Both the position numbers and the translations under genes were made by a program. Shown here one piece after another: positions 16,272-24,747 of a stretch of DNA of 32,000 nt. Source of the stretch: an uncultured Chloroflexia bacterium. Lineage in GTDB: Bacteria; Chloroflexota; Ktedonobacteria; Ktedonobacterales; JADMIN01. The notes beneath the pieces are model-generated. The model searched no databases, was not told the origin of the DNA, and saw only the letters and a program-made list of their open reading frames with translations. Each line of letters opens with the position of its first letter. The stretch's first letter is position 1. The stretch is from the NCBI GenBank assembly GCA_963718915.1, contig CAVRAI010000013.1, positions 270,001-302,000 of the forward strand. Direction: 5' to 3'.

Positions 16272-17510
16272 ATGCCGACAGATGACGCGAAAGCCGCGCC
16301 GGACCTTGAAGAGGCTGTCACCTTTCAGCGCGACCTGTATCTCTACTGGTGGGCCGCGCGCGAACTTGGCGAACTTGCGCTGACCTCGCGTGGCTTCCTC
16401 ACTCGCCATTCACTACGACGGGTGCGCTCCCAGTGGCCAATAGCGGGGGACGACCGTCCCGAGGCGAACGATCCACGGCGCTACTACCTCCGGCGACTGC
16501 TGGAGCGCCTGGGACTCTTGCGCGTGCTATCCGAGCCATCTAATGCATCGGCGCATGGCGGGCTGGTGGCGGCGGACACCCAGATGATGGAGCGCTTCCT
16601 TGCCCATCCACTCTCAGAGCGACTGCGCATCTGCACGCGCCTCTGGGTAGGAGGCGGCTGGTGGCCCGATGGCAAGCCATCGAGCGTTGCCATCGGATTG
16701 CACTCGCCCATTCAGCCCCGCATCGCGCTGGCGCGTCGGCGTCTGATCGAGATACTGGCCGTGCTGGAGCCGGGGAGTCTGGTCGAGATTCCAGGCGTCC
16801 TATTGGTTGAGGACCACGCGCCGCGCATTATCGGCGCAACGACGCGCCGCAAGCCGCGAGATATCGCCGACGAACGCAACGAGACAATGCGTGCGGCATT
16901 AGCAGGGCCGCTTCAGTGGATGGGGCTTGTCGTCAGACGTGACACCAACGGATCGGGAGAACGGCTGATGGTAGCGAGCCACGGCATGCTGGCGCTGCGC
17001 AGCGAATCGGACGACACGACAGTCCAAGAATCCCCTGGACGGGTCATCATCCAGCCCAATCTGGATATCGTGGCCTACCAGCCACTCACCGCGCCAACAC
17101 TTTCCACGCTGGATAGCTGCGCCACACGTCGTTCACTGGATCGTGTCGCACACTATCGCCTGACCGGGAACGATGTGACGCGGGCACAACACGATGGCTG
17201 GTCGGAAGACGATATCGCACGGAGGCTGGAGGCGCTCACAGAAGGTCCGCTACCGGGCAACGTCCGCGTGCGTCTGGCCGACTGGACACGCGCCGCCAGC
17301 CGCATCCGCCTCACTCCACAGGTGACGTTGCTGTCCACCTCAACTCCGGCGCTGCTCGATACGCTGCTCGCGGACCGCGCCGCGCGTGGATGGGTGCTCC
17401 GCCGCATGGGGCCAACACTGGCGCTGGTGCAGACAGACAAACTCGAATCACTACGTCACTGGCTGCTGGCGCGCGGCGAATTGCCGGCGGTTGAGTCTGC
17501 TGAGCCATGA
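16272..17510 (+). CDS. Paralogous helicase-associated (XPB/Ssl2-N-terminal-like) domain protein without a helicase core
   Basis: ATG 16272 lies 24 nt after the upstream stop and is preceded by GAGAGGAAG. The C-terminal ~155 aa (nt 17037-17507) read GRVIIQPNLDIVAY...VAHYRLTGNDVTRAQHDGWSEDDIARRLEALTEGPLPGNVRVRLADW...RRMGPTLALVQTDKLESLRHWLLARGELP. They align by eye with the end of the 751-aa protein (RRIGPTLALAHPSDAEILRTLLARRGF). No Walker A motif. Confidence 0.65.
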   Translation: MPTDDAKAAPDLEEAVTFQRDLYLYWWAARELGELALTSRGFLTRHSLRRVRSQWPIAGDDRPEANDPRRYYLRRLLERLGLLRVLSEPSNASAHGGLVAADTQMMERFLAHPLSERLRICTRLWVGGGWWPDGKPSSVAIGLHSPIQPRIALARRRLIEILAVLEPGSLVEIPGVLLVEDHAPRIIGATTRRKPRDIADERNETMRAALAGPLQWMGLVVRRDTNGSGERLMVASHGMLALRSESDDTTVQESPGRVIIQPNLDIVAYQPLTAPTLSTLDSCATRRSLDRVAHYRLTGNDVTRAQHDGWSEDDIARRLEALTEGPLPGNVRVRLADWTRAASRIRLTPQVTLLSTSTPALLDTLLADRAARGWVLRRMGPTLALVQTDKLESLRHWLLARGELPAVESAEP

Positions 17511-17540
17511 GTAGCGTTTGGCCGCAATCACTTCCACGTG

Positions 17541-19148
17541 TCATACCGGAGGATTGCTGATCGGCTCCAGCAGAAAGAGCGCGCCGTTTTGATCGAAGGT
17601 GGTGACCAGAGTATAGCGCGCGGCAACCCAGTCACGGAAGCCAGGAAGCAGATCGAAACGACCACTGGCGAAGAGGATGACATGAATACGGTTGCGTGTG
17701 ATGTAGTCTTCCAGTTGCGATGCCATCAAATAACCACTCGTAATGCGCACCGCCGAAGTGTCCACCAGTTGCGGCGGCACATCGCGGTTGGCCAGCGCCG
17801 CCGCATACTGGTCGTCGGATAGCACGACCTCGTCAGGCGCGCTGACGCCTTGCAGCGCGAGCGCCATAGAGAGCGTGCGGGCTGGCAGTGACGCATTCGC
17901 TGCGACATTTTGACTCCAATTGAACGCCAACCCCGTAATGCACATTACCACCAGCACAACAAGCGTGACTGTCTGAGCCAGGCGCTGGCGAGATGGCTCA
18001 GTGGACGCCTGCCATACGGCATAGACGCCGCAACCGGTAACCAGCGCCAGAGCGGGGCTGAGTAGCACGATATGATGCTCTAAAAGCGGCTGCTGTCGCA
18101 GGAGTGTGATAAAGGCCACCAGCGCCCACAGGATAAGCGGCGCGCTCACCCACATGCGTCGCCATACAACTACAATAATCGCGGGCACAGCGATAAAGAC
18201 CAGCCGAGCATCCCATAACGTCTCAACGATGAGCTGGAGATTGTCTCGCGAGGATTGGCTATCTGCCTGGGCAGCTGCGAGATGAAACCGCACGACCTGA
18301 TCGTAGACGGTTCCCAGTTGGCCTATGTACGGCAACAGAATGACGACGATAGCGCCGAACAGACCAGCAGCCAGCCACCCCAACGTCGGCGCGATCTGCC
18401 GTAGACCATCCCATACCTCGGATCGCGGTGGCCATCTGAGATTCCCGCCTTTATCGAGCCAGCGCCGGGCTAGTGGCACGCTGAGATACAACACAATCGG
18501 GACGAGCGCGGCAATAGCGAAGAGTTTGATAAGCAGCGCGCAACCCAGCAACACACCAGACCCAACCACCAGCCAGGTCCGACGCCTCCCGCTGGCGCGC
18601 ATTGCCAGCACTGCGCAGGCCACTGCCCAGATTTGCAACGCAACCGACGGTAGCTCTGCCTGCAACGTATGCGCGCCGTGCTCATAGAGTGGGTCAAGCG
18701 CGAGCAAGAGACATGCTACCGCGCCAATGGCGCCATGTCCCAACGCGCGCCCGGCGACATATGTGCCCGCAATACCTGCCAGCGAGAAGACGATCAGCGC
18801 TAACCGCGCCGCGCTAAGGCTCTGACCGAATATCATGTAGAAGGGATAAACGCTGAGCAAAAAGAGGGGCGGCTGCGAGCTGAACACGCTGCTAAAGAGG
18901 GGATGACCATCGGCCATGGCACGCAGGGACTGCCAATACACACCTTCATCGTAGTCACTGATCTGCCCTTGCAGCGTCTGTAGCGCCAGAACGAGCGCGA
19001 GCACACCTGCGCCGAGCGCAACCCACCCTGCCGGTGAGATATGTCTGATCCGCTCCACGAGCGACAGCGAATGGCTACCATGCCCTGTGTGCCGCGATGG
19101 CCGCCTCCGAGTGCGCGCCGTACCTGACGCCAACGTGTGCCCCCTCAT
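17541..19148 (-). CDS. Glycosyltransferase family 39 / ArnT-PMT-like polytopic membrane glycosyltransferase
   Basis: 535 aa with many predicted TM segments. The first extracytoplasmic loop carries SDYDEGVYWQSLRAMADGHPLFSSVFSSQPPLF, the DE-containing GT-C motif typical of GT39/ArnT-like enzymes. Confidence 0.65.
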   Translation of the reverse strand: MRGHTLASGTARTRRRPSRHTGHGSHSLSLVERIRHISPAGWVALGAGVLALVLALQTLQGQISDYDEGVYWQSLRAMADGHPLFSSVFSSQPPLFLLSVYPFYMIFGQSLSAARLALIVFSLAGIAGTYVAGRALGHGAIGAVACLLLALDPLYEHGAHTLQAELPSVALQIWAVACAVLAMRASGRRRTWLVVGSGVLLGCALLIKLFAIAALVPIVLYLSVPLARRWLDKGGNLRWPPRSEVWDGLRQIAPTLGWLAAGLFGAIVVILLPYIGQLGTVYDQVVRFHLAAAQADSQSSRDNLQLIVETLWDARLVFIAVPAIIVVVWRRMWVSAPLILWALVAFITLLRQQPLLEHHIVLLSPALALVTGCGVYAVWQASTEPSRQRLAQTVTLVVLVVMCITGLAFNWSQNVAANASLPARTLSMALALQGVSAPDEVVLSDDQYAAALANRDVPPQLVDTSAVRITSGYLMASQLEDYITRNRIHVILFASGRFDLLPGFRDWVAARYTLVTTFDQNGALFLLEPISNPPV

Positions 19149-19247
19149 GCGTTGATTTGTCCATCTCTATGCGCCCTATCGTGCGCCCGTGCTGAATTAT
19201 AGCCACGGGATTCCCAATAAGCGCCAGCGAGATAGTAGTAAATTGGC

Positions 19248-20312
19248 TCAGACTGCCTTGCCAAACTCGAGCACCAGCAGGTCGAGCGCCAGCTCAGGCG
19301 TCATGCGACTGCGTTTGAGCGACGTATCTATCTCGAGCAACGTGCGATGGGCAGCCTCGAGCTGCGCAAAGGTGAAACGGCGCGCCAGCCGTAACGACTT
19401 TTCGACGACGAACGGCGCGATGCCCGCTGCGGAAGCAATCTGGTGAGCAGGCATACCACGATCCGAGAGCAGTTTGACCTGCATCAACGACCGCGTCTGA
19501 TACGCCACTAGCCCAACAATGCGTAAAGGAGGCTCACCTTGCTCCAGCAATCGGTGTAGGATGGCGAGCGCTGCAGAACGGTCGTTGCGCGCTAGTGCAT
19601 CAGTCAATTCAAAGGCATCTAGTTCGCGCCCAATCGGAGTGAGCGTTCGGACATCCTCAGGGCCGATCTCCCCGCCCTCGCCGACGTATGTGCCCAGCTT
19701 ATCGATCTCGCTCGCCAGCATCCGCAGGTCATTGCCCAACGACTCCACCAGCATGCGCGCGGCCTCCGGCGTGATGCGTCGCTGCTGTGCTCGCGCGCGA
19801 CGTGTCACCCAATCGGTGAGCTGCGCTCCGGTCGGCTTCGCGAACACATGCGATGTACCGTGACGACGCGCCGCCTGCATCAGCGGATGATCCGCCTTCA
19901 GATCATCGGGCACGAGAGCCACCAGCACCGTCGTCTCAGGTAGCGAGGGAATATACTCCGCCAGCCCTTTTGCGAACGCCAATGGACTGAGGCCTGTTGT
20001 CGCCGCCTTTTTGCCGCGTTTTCCTTTCGCGACTGGCGGCTCTGGCACATTCGCTACGCCATCCTCGGCGCCATCCTCAACGCCATCCCCGTCGACGGCC
20101 TGGCCTTTACGTGGCTTCGGCAGACCCTCCAGCACGACCAGGCGCTTTTCCGCCAGGAACGGCATCGTGTCACAGGTATTGCGAATCACAGCCAGGTCGG
20201 CGGTATCGCCAGCGAAGGAATCCTGATTGTAGCCAAAGTCGCCCGACGTGCGAATGCGCGCCAGTTCCTCGTAGGCTGAAAACTCATCTTTGCCCGATAG
20301 AAGTGTAAACAT
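19248..20312 (-). CDS. holA: DNA polymerase III subunit delta
   Basis: The N-terminus LLSGKDEFSAYEELARIR...DTMPFLAEKRLVVLEGL and the C-terminal block LLEQGEPPLRIVGLVAYQTRSLMQVKLL...IASAAGIAPFVVEK...LLEIDTSLK match delta-subunit organisation. It contains an unusual Gly/Asp/Glu plus Lys-rich insertion. Confidence 0.8.
   Translation of the reverse strand: MFTLLSGKDEFSAYEELARIRTSGDFGYNQDSFAGDTADLAVIRNTCDTMPFLAEKRLVVLEGLPKPRKGQAVDGDGVEDGAEDGVANVPEPPVAKGKRGKKAATTGLSPLAFAKGLAEYIPSLPETTVLVALVPDDLKADHPLMQAARRHGTSHVFAKPTGAQLTDWVTRRARAQQRRITPEAARMLVESLGNDLRMLASEIDKLGTYVGEGGEIGPEDVRTLTPIGRELDAFELTDALARNDRSAALAILHRLLEQGEPPLRIVGLVAYQTRSLMQVKLLSDRGMPAHQIASAAGIAPFVVEKSLRLARRFTFAQLEAAHRTLLEIDTSLKRSRMTPELALDLLVLEFGKAV
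20057..20092. repeat. Imperfect 12-bp tandem repeat x3 (cgccatcctcgg, cgccatcctcaa, cgccatccccgt) inside holA
   Basis: Read directly from the sequence. On the minus strand it encodes the DGDGVEDGAEDGVA stretch of the holA insertion. Confidence 0.75.
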
Positions 20313-20436
20313 GTATCCATTCTATGCCGCAACCAACCAGGTCGCAACATGTGCTATCATCCGGGGATGTAACGGCGCGGCAACGAGTCACCGTTAGCGC
20401 TCCCTATGCCTACGTCACAAGAAACGAGCGGACGCC

Positions 20437-21228
20437 ATGAGCCTGCCATCCTGGCTGCAGCAAGGCATAGACACGTACGGCTACTGGGTTGTATTCCTGG
20501 CGGTTGCCATCGAGAGCATGGGGATACCGTTTCCCGGCGAGACGGCGCTGGTCGCGGCGTCGGTCTACGCCAGCACGAATCACACGCTGAACATCGTGCT
20601 GGTGATCGCGGCGGCGGCGGCGGGTGCGATTCTCGGCGATAACGCGGGCTACACCGTCGGCAAGTACGGCGGCTTCCCGGTACTCCAGCGGCTGCTACGG
20701 CTATTCCACATTGGCGAAGACAAGTTGGTCTACACCCAGCGCTTCTTTGAGAAGCATGGCGACAAGACTGTGTTCTTCGGCCGGTTTCTGGCGGTACTGC
20801 GCGCCTGGGCCGCGTTTCTGGCCGGAGCCAACCACATGCGACGCCGTACCTTCTTCATCTGGAATGCGGCGGGAGGCATCCTCTGGGCGACGATCTACGG
20901 CTCGCTCGGCTACATCCTGGGCAATAATCTTCCGCTGCTTGGGCGCATCCTCAAGGACCTGGGCATCCTCGGTTTCGTCGCGCTTGGCGTCGTCGTCGTA
21001 GCTATCATTGGGATCTGGTACATTCGCCACCGTCGCCAGAAGGAGGCCCTTCAGCAGATCGCGGGTACACGAACAACGACGCCAACCTCCGATGAGTCGC
21101 CCGACATGCCAGTCGCCGCGCGCGCTGAGGTGTCCAGCCCGGATCATACCGACGCCAACGCCACTATCAGTGTAGCAAACTCATCACACCGGTCTCGGCA
21201 CACCCGCAGACAGCATGCGTACAGATAG
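20437..21228 (+). CDS. DedA-family membrane protein
   Basis: Has ESMGIPFPGETALVAA, GDNAGYTVGKYGG and FFGRFLAVLRAWAAFLAGA, which are characteristic DedA/SNARE-associated blocks. It also has a hydrophilic C-terminal tail. Confidence 0.85.
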   Translation: MSLPSWLQQGIDTYGYWVVFLAVAIESMGIPFPGETALVAASVYASTNHTLNIVLVIAAAAAGAILGDNAGYTVGKYGGFPVLQRLLRLFHIGEDKLVYTQRFFEKHGDKTVFFGRFLAVLRAWAAFLAGANHMRRRTFFIWNAAGGILWATIYGSLGYILGNNLPLLGRILKDLGILGFVALGVVVVAIIGIWYIRHRRQKEALQQIAGTRTTTPTSDESPDMPVAARAEVSSPDHTDANATISVANSSHRSRHTRRQHAYR

Positions 21229-21239
21229 CTCGCCTGCCT

Positions 21240-21995
21240 CTATTCTTCTTCCACGATCTCACCGCCGTGCGAGATTGAAGGATCCGGCTCGTAGTCCGGG
21301 TAGCTGAATTCCCAGATGTTACCCGGTTCTTCTCGCGCCTCCCAACGGCGCAATGCATCCATCAGGACCCGACGCTGCAACGCCGGGTGATGGGGTGGAC
21401 CAAGGCAGTCGCCAAGCGTGAAACCCACTGGCGCAACGGCTCGTGGCGGTCCCATCTCGCGCGACACTTTGGGCACAAGCGTAATGAGGACGGTGGGCAG
21501 GCCCAGCATCTCTATCTCGCGCTGAATCGCCACCACCGTACGGTGACAGAGCGGGCAGCCAGCGGTGAGCAGTACCGCATCGGCATGCGAGCGCTCGATC
21601 ACACTGGCCATCTCCGGCGCGCCACGCTCGTAGAGATCGCGCAGGAGCTGGGTATAGCCCATAAACCCCAGATGCTTATCGCCCACGCCCGCGATGACGC
21701 CCTCGGCGGCCAGTTCGCGCAGGCGGTCAATCGGGAAAACGCAGTTGATATCGCTGTCGGCATGGCGATGATCGTAGTGGCCATGCGTCACCATGAGCCG
21801 TGCGCTGTCCACGTCGCCTGGGATGAGCCGCCAGGAGTTATCGCCTGCCAGATCGAACGGCTCCTGTTCGCGCAGGTGAACGCCCGCAGTGGTAACGAGC
21901 GCGAAGACCGTCTCACTCAACTCGCGACGACGCGGCGTGTAGGGGATGCAGCGGCGCGACATCGGCATGTCGGACGACCTTTCGTGTTTGGACAC
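21240..21995 (-). CDS. GRDB-family protein (glycine/sarcosine/betaine reductase component B-like; non-selenoprotein homologue) with a CxxC motif
   Basis: The block TTAGVHL...PFD...SWRLIP...THGHYDHRHADSDINCVFPIDRLRELAAEGVIAG resembles the GRDB family as I recall it. The motif LLTAGCPLCHRT supplies a CxxC. The tracked start is GTG 21995, 3 nt after the peroxiredoxin stop. ATG 21968 or 21962 are alternative starts. Confidence 0.5.
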   Translation of the reverse strand: MSKHERSSDMPMSRRCIPYTPRRRELSETVFALVTTAGVHLREQEPFDLAGDNSWRLIPGDVDSARLMVTHGHYDHRHADSDINCVFPIDRLRELAAEGVIAGVGDKHLGFMGYTQLLRDLYERGAPEMASVIERSHADAVLLTAGCPLCHRTVVAIQREIEMLGLPTVLITLVPKVSREMGPPRAVAPVGFTLGDCLGPPHHPALQRRVLMDALRRWEAREEPGNIWEFSYPDYEPDPSISHGGEIVEEE

Positions 21996-21998
21996 GCA

Positions 21999-22487
21999 CT
22001 AACCGAGCTTGCGCAGCACCTCGAAGAGTTCCTCGTTGTCGGGCGCCTCGCCAGTTGGGCGATGGACATGAATCCAGGCTATCTTGCCCGCCTGGTCTAC
22101 GACGAAGAGCGCGCGTTCGGGCATGCCCGCGGGATGGCGCGCGCCGTAGAGGTCGGTCACTTTGCCCTGGGGATAGAAGTCACTGAGCAACGGATAGTTG
22201 ATGTCAAGCTGCCTGGCCCAGGCGACGAGCGAGTGACGAGCATCCATGCTGATGCCGAGCACCTGAGTATCATAGGAGTTGAAACGCTCCAGTTCCGCCT
22301 GGTATGACGGCATCTGCGCCGAACAGGTGCTACTGAAGGCAAATGGGAAGAAGGCCAGCACGACATTTTTCTGGCCGCGATACTGGCTCAACGCGATCTT
22401 CTCACCCGTCTGGTCGGACAACGTAAAATCGGGGGCCTCATCCCCAACTTTGAGTGTCGGGGTCATATCCAGACTCTCAGCCGCCAC
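21999..22487 (-). CDS. 1-Cys peroxiredoxin (AhpC/TSA family, AhpE/Bcp-like)
   Basis: [11 protein letters not shown]...[20 protein letters not shown] carries the peroxidatic Cys in the standard position. It is the only Cys in the protein. SD AAGGAG lies 8 nt before GTG 22487. Confidence 0.85.
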   Translation of the reverse strand: MAAESLDMTPTLKVGDEAPDFTLSDQTGEKIALSQYRGQKNVVLAFFPFAFSSTCSAQMPSYQAELERFNSYDTQVLGISMDARHSLVAWARQLDINYPLLSDFYPQGKVTDLYGARHPAGMPERALFVVDQAGKIAWIHVHRPTGEAPDNEELFEVLRKLG

Positions 22488-22557
22488 GTCCGTAACTCCT
22501 TAACTGCTCACAGCGCTTCAGATAAACGTAGCCGCCCTCGAAACGGCTGCCGTCGGG

Positions 22558-22587
22558 ATTGTAGAGCGCCTGTTTGGGTGGTGTCAA
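22558..22587 (-). promoter_or_regulatory. Candidate sigma-70-type promoter for the peroxiredoxin operon (TTGACA-18 nt-TACAAT)
   Basis: The minus strand reads cgtTTGACAccacccaaacaggcgctcTACAATcccg. TTGACA is the complement of 22582-22587 and TACAAT the complement of 22558-22563. It lies between the purC stop and the peroxiredoxin start. Confidence 0.5.
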
Positions 22588-22615
22588 ACGCACGGCGCCC
22601 GCGCGTCGCCCATCA

Positions 22616-23512
22616 TCAACTACGCGGCAGGGTTTCGCCTGTCAGCCATTCATACCCCTCGCGGTAGCGCTTGGCCGTCTCCGCTACTACCTCATCAGGC
22701 AGCGCGGGCGCGGGCGGCTGCTTATCCCAGCCGGAACGCTCCAGCCAGTCACGGAGGTATTGTTTGTCGAAGCTTGGCGGCGAGCCTCCAGGCGCGTACT
22801 CTCCGACCGCCCAGAAGCGCGAGGAATCCGGGGTCAGCAGCTCGTCGATCAGGATAAGCTGGCCATCGAGCAGGCCAAACTCCATCTTAGTATCGGCGAT
22901 AATGATGCCGCGATCCAGCGCATAGGCCGCCGCCGCACGGTAGATAGCTATGCTGACGTCGGCAATCGCCTGACCCACATCTTCGCCTACGCTGTTCTTC
23001 ATCTCGTCGAGTGAGATGTTGATATCGTGCCCAGTCTCCGCCTTGGTAGCCGGGGTAAAGATCGGCTCAGGTAGCTCGTCCGCTTGGCGCAGTCCCGTGG
23101 GCAGCTTCACGCCACAGACAGCCCCTGTCCGCTGATAGTCCACCCAGCCGCTTCCCGCCAGGTGGCCACGAACTACACACTCGAAGTCCAGCCGCTTCGC
23201 CTTGCGCACCACCATGAAACGACCCGCCAGCGCCTCTGCTGTGGCGCCGAGCGACTCCGGCAGGTCCGCCAACTCGACGCTTAGAAGATGATTGGGGATG
23301 ATCTCGTGCGTTCGCCCGAACCAGAACGCCGAGAGCAGCGTCAGCACACGGCCCTTATCGGGAATGCCATTCGGCATGATCGCGTCGAAGGCCGAGATGC
23401 GGTCGGTCGCCACCATGAGCAGGCGGTCGCCCAGATCGTATGTGTCGCGCACCTTACCGCGCCCAAAAAGCGGCAACGGCAGATTGGTCTGCAGAACGAC
23501 CTCTTGCGACAT
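22616..23512 (-). CDS. purC: Phosphoribosylaminoimidazole-succinocarboxamide (SAICAR) synthase
   Basis: Has GKVRDTYDLGDRLLMVATDRISAFD, LPEPIFTPATKAETGHD and IIADTKMEFG, which are PurC signature blocks. SD AAGGAG lies 10 nt before ATG 23512. Confidence 0.9.
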   Translation of the reverse strand: MSQEVVLQTNLPLPLFGRGKVRDTYDLGDRLLMVATDRISAFDAIMPNGIPDKGRVLTLLSAFWFGRTHEIIPNHLLSVELADLPESLGATAEALAGRFMVVRKAKRLDFECVVRGHLAGSGWVDYQRTGAVCGVKLPTGLRQADELPEPIFTPATKAETGHDINISLDEMKNSVGEDVGQAIADVSIAIYRAAAAYALDRGIIIADTKMEFGLLDGQLILIDELLTPDSSRFWAVGEYAPGGSPPSFDKQYLRDWLERSGWDKQPPAPALPDEVVAETAKRYREGYEWLTGETLPRS

Positions 23513-23583
23513 CGGTGTATTTCTCCTTGTGATGAGTCTTCATGACACTGGCGGTGATTGTGGGCACGAGAGCAGCCAGTTGT

Positions 23584-23592
23584 ATCGTACCA
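23584..23592 (-). promoter_or_regulatory. Candidate extended -10 element for purC (TGgTACGAT)
   Basis: The minus strand reads actggcggcTGTGgTACGATacaac about 70 nt upstream of the purC ATG. It has the same TGgTA form, and the same preceding GCGGCTG, as the purL candidate. Confidence 0.3.
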
Positions 23593-23719
23593 CAGCCGCC
23601 AGTCTGACCCGGCTACGTTCGCTCGTCTTCTTGTCACTGGCGTTGGGATAGCGCGCGGTGTCAGGCAATGATAAGATGAGGAGGTGTGTTTCTCTGGCAG
23701 GCAATTGGAAGGTACCCGC

Positions 23720-24685
23720 ATGGCATCGGCGACATCGAGCAAGCCCGCGCGCTCCGCGTCCGGTTCGCGCAGGGCAGCGTTCGGCGCGCTGGTGCTGGCG
23801 AATGTGCTCTGGGCGGGCAGTTATACCGCCGGGAAAGTGGCGCTGGCGGAGTTGCCGCCCGTTGAGTTGAATGCGATCCGATTCACGCTGGCGGCGCTTC
23901 TGCTGGCGCCGATTCTGATTCGTTACCGTAAACAGATTCCACGCGACCGCCGGATGTTGTTCGTTCTACTCCAGCTTTCGCTGTTGGGCTTCGTGCTCAA
24001 CAAAGCGCTGGAGTATATCGGTCTCTCGCTCTCGACGGCGTCCGATGTCGCACTGCTGATCGCCACTGAGTCCATCTTCACCGGACTGCTCTCGTGGATA
24101 TTCCTGCGCGAGCGCGTCACGCGCACTGGTGTCGCGGCGTTGGCTGTCGGTCTGTTCGGCGTCTATCTTATTGTCGAACGCGGGGTGGTTCCTAATCTGG
24201 GCGATGGTAATAACACCCGCGCCATCGGTGATATGCTGGTTGTACTCTCGCTGCTGCTGGAGGCTGGCTATACCGTCCGGGGCAAGACTACGCTCACGAC
24301 ACTGCCGCCGTTGCTTTTCACCGCGCTGACCATCACCGGGAGCCTGTTCTTCTGGATACCCGCGGGCGCGGTGGCGGTAGCGTCCAGCGGATTGCCACAC
24401 GTCTCGCTCGGCGGATGGCTTTCAGTGTTCTATCTGGCGGCCATCACGACCGTCCTGGGCTACTGGCTCTGGTTCCACGCGCTGCGCGTGACGGACGCCT
24501 CGGCGGCGGCGGCAACCCTGTTTATCCAGCCGCTACTGGGGGCGGCGTTGGCCATCTTAATCCTGCACGACGAACTTACCGTGGCGACGGTGATAGGCGC
24601 GCTATGTATCGTCGCCAGTTTGTTACTGGTGATGCGTGGCGGTCGGCGCGAATCGCCGGCCGTCCTGGACGAGTCTGCGCCGTGA
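23720..24685 (+). CDS. EamA/DMT-superfamily transporter
   Basis: ORF 23684..24685. GGAAGG at 23707-23712 lies 7 nt before ATG 23720. There are about ten hydrophobic segments in two halves. The opening LWAGSYTAGKVALAELPPVELNAIRF is typical of EamA domains. Confidence 0.75.
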   Translation: MASATSSKPARSASGSRRAAFGALVLANVLWAGSYTAGKVALAELPPVELNAIRFTLAALLLAPILIRYRKQIPRDRRMLFVLLQLSLLGFVLNKALEYIGLSLSTASDVALLIATESIFTGLLSWIFLRERVTRTGVAALAVGLFGVYLIVERGVVPNLGDGNNTRAIGDMLVVLSLLLEAGYTVRGKTTLTTLPPLLFTALTITGSLFFWIPAGAVAVASSGLPHVSLGGWLSVFYLAAITTVLGYWLWFHALRVTDASAAAATLFIQPLLGAALAILILHDELTVATVIGALCIVASLLLVMRGGRRESPAVLDESAP

Positions 24686-24747
24686 GATGAGCGAGGTCTC
24701 CGGCTATCTCACGGGAATCGCGGCCCGTTTTCCGCGAAGGGATGCCC

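Noticed and set aside
23513-23640. Possible ZTP (pfl) riboswitch in the purC leader. The minus strand has GGGUCAGACUGGCGGC ... CACCGCCAGUGUC, reminiscent of the GGGUCGUGACUGGCG ... CCGCCUGGGC core as I recall it.
   Set aside because: I cannot find a closing GACCC strand for P1. The 3' element reads CCGCCAGU rather than CCGCCUGGGC, and no P3 partner is present. One arm probably lies upstream of the likely transcription start. A covariance-model search (Rfam RF01750) would settle it.
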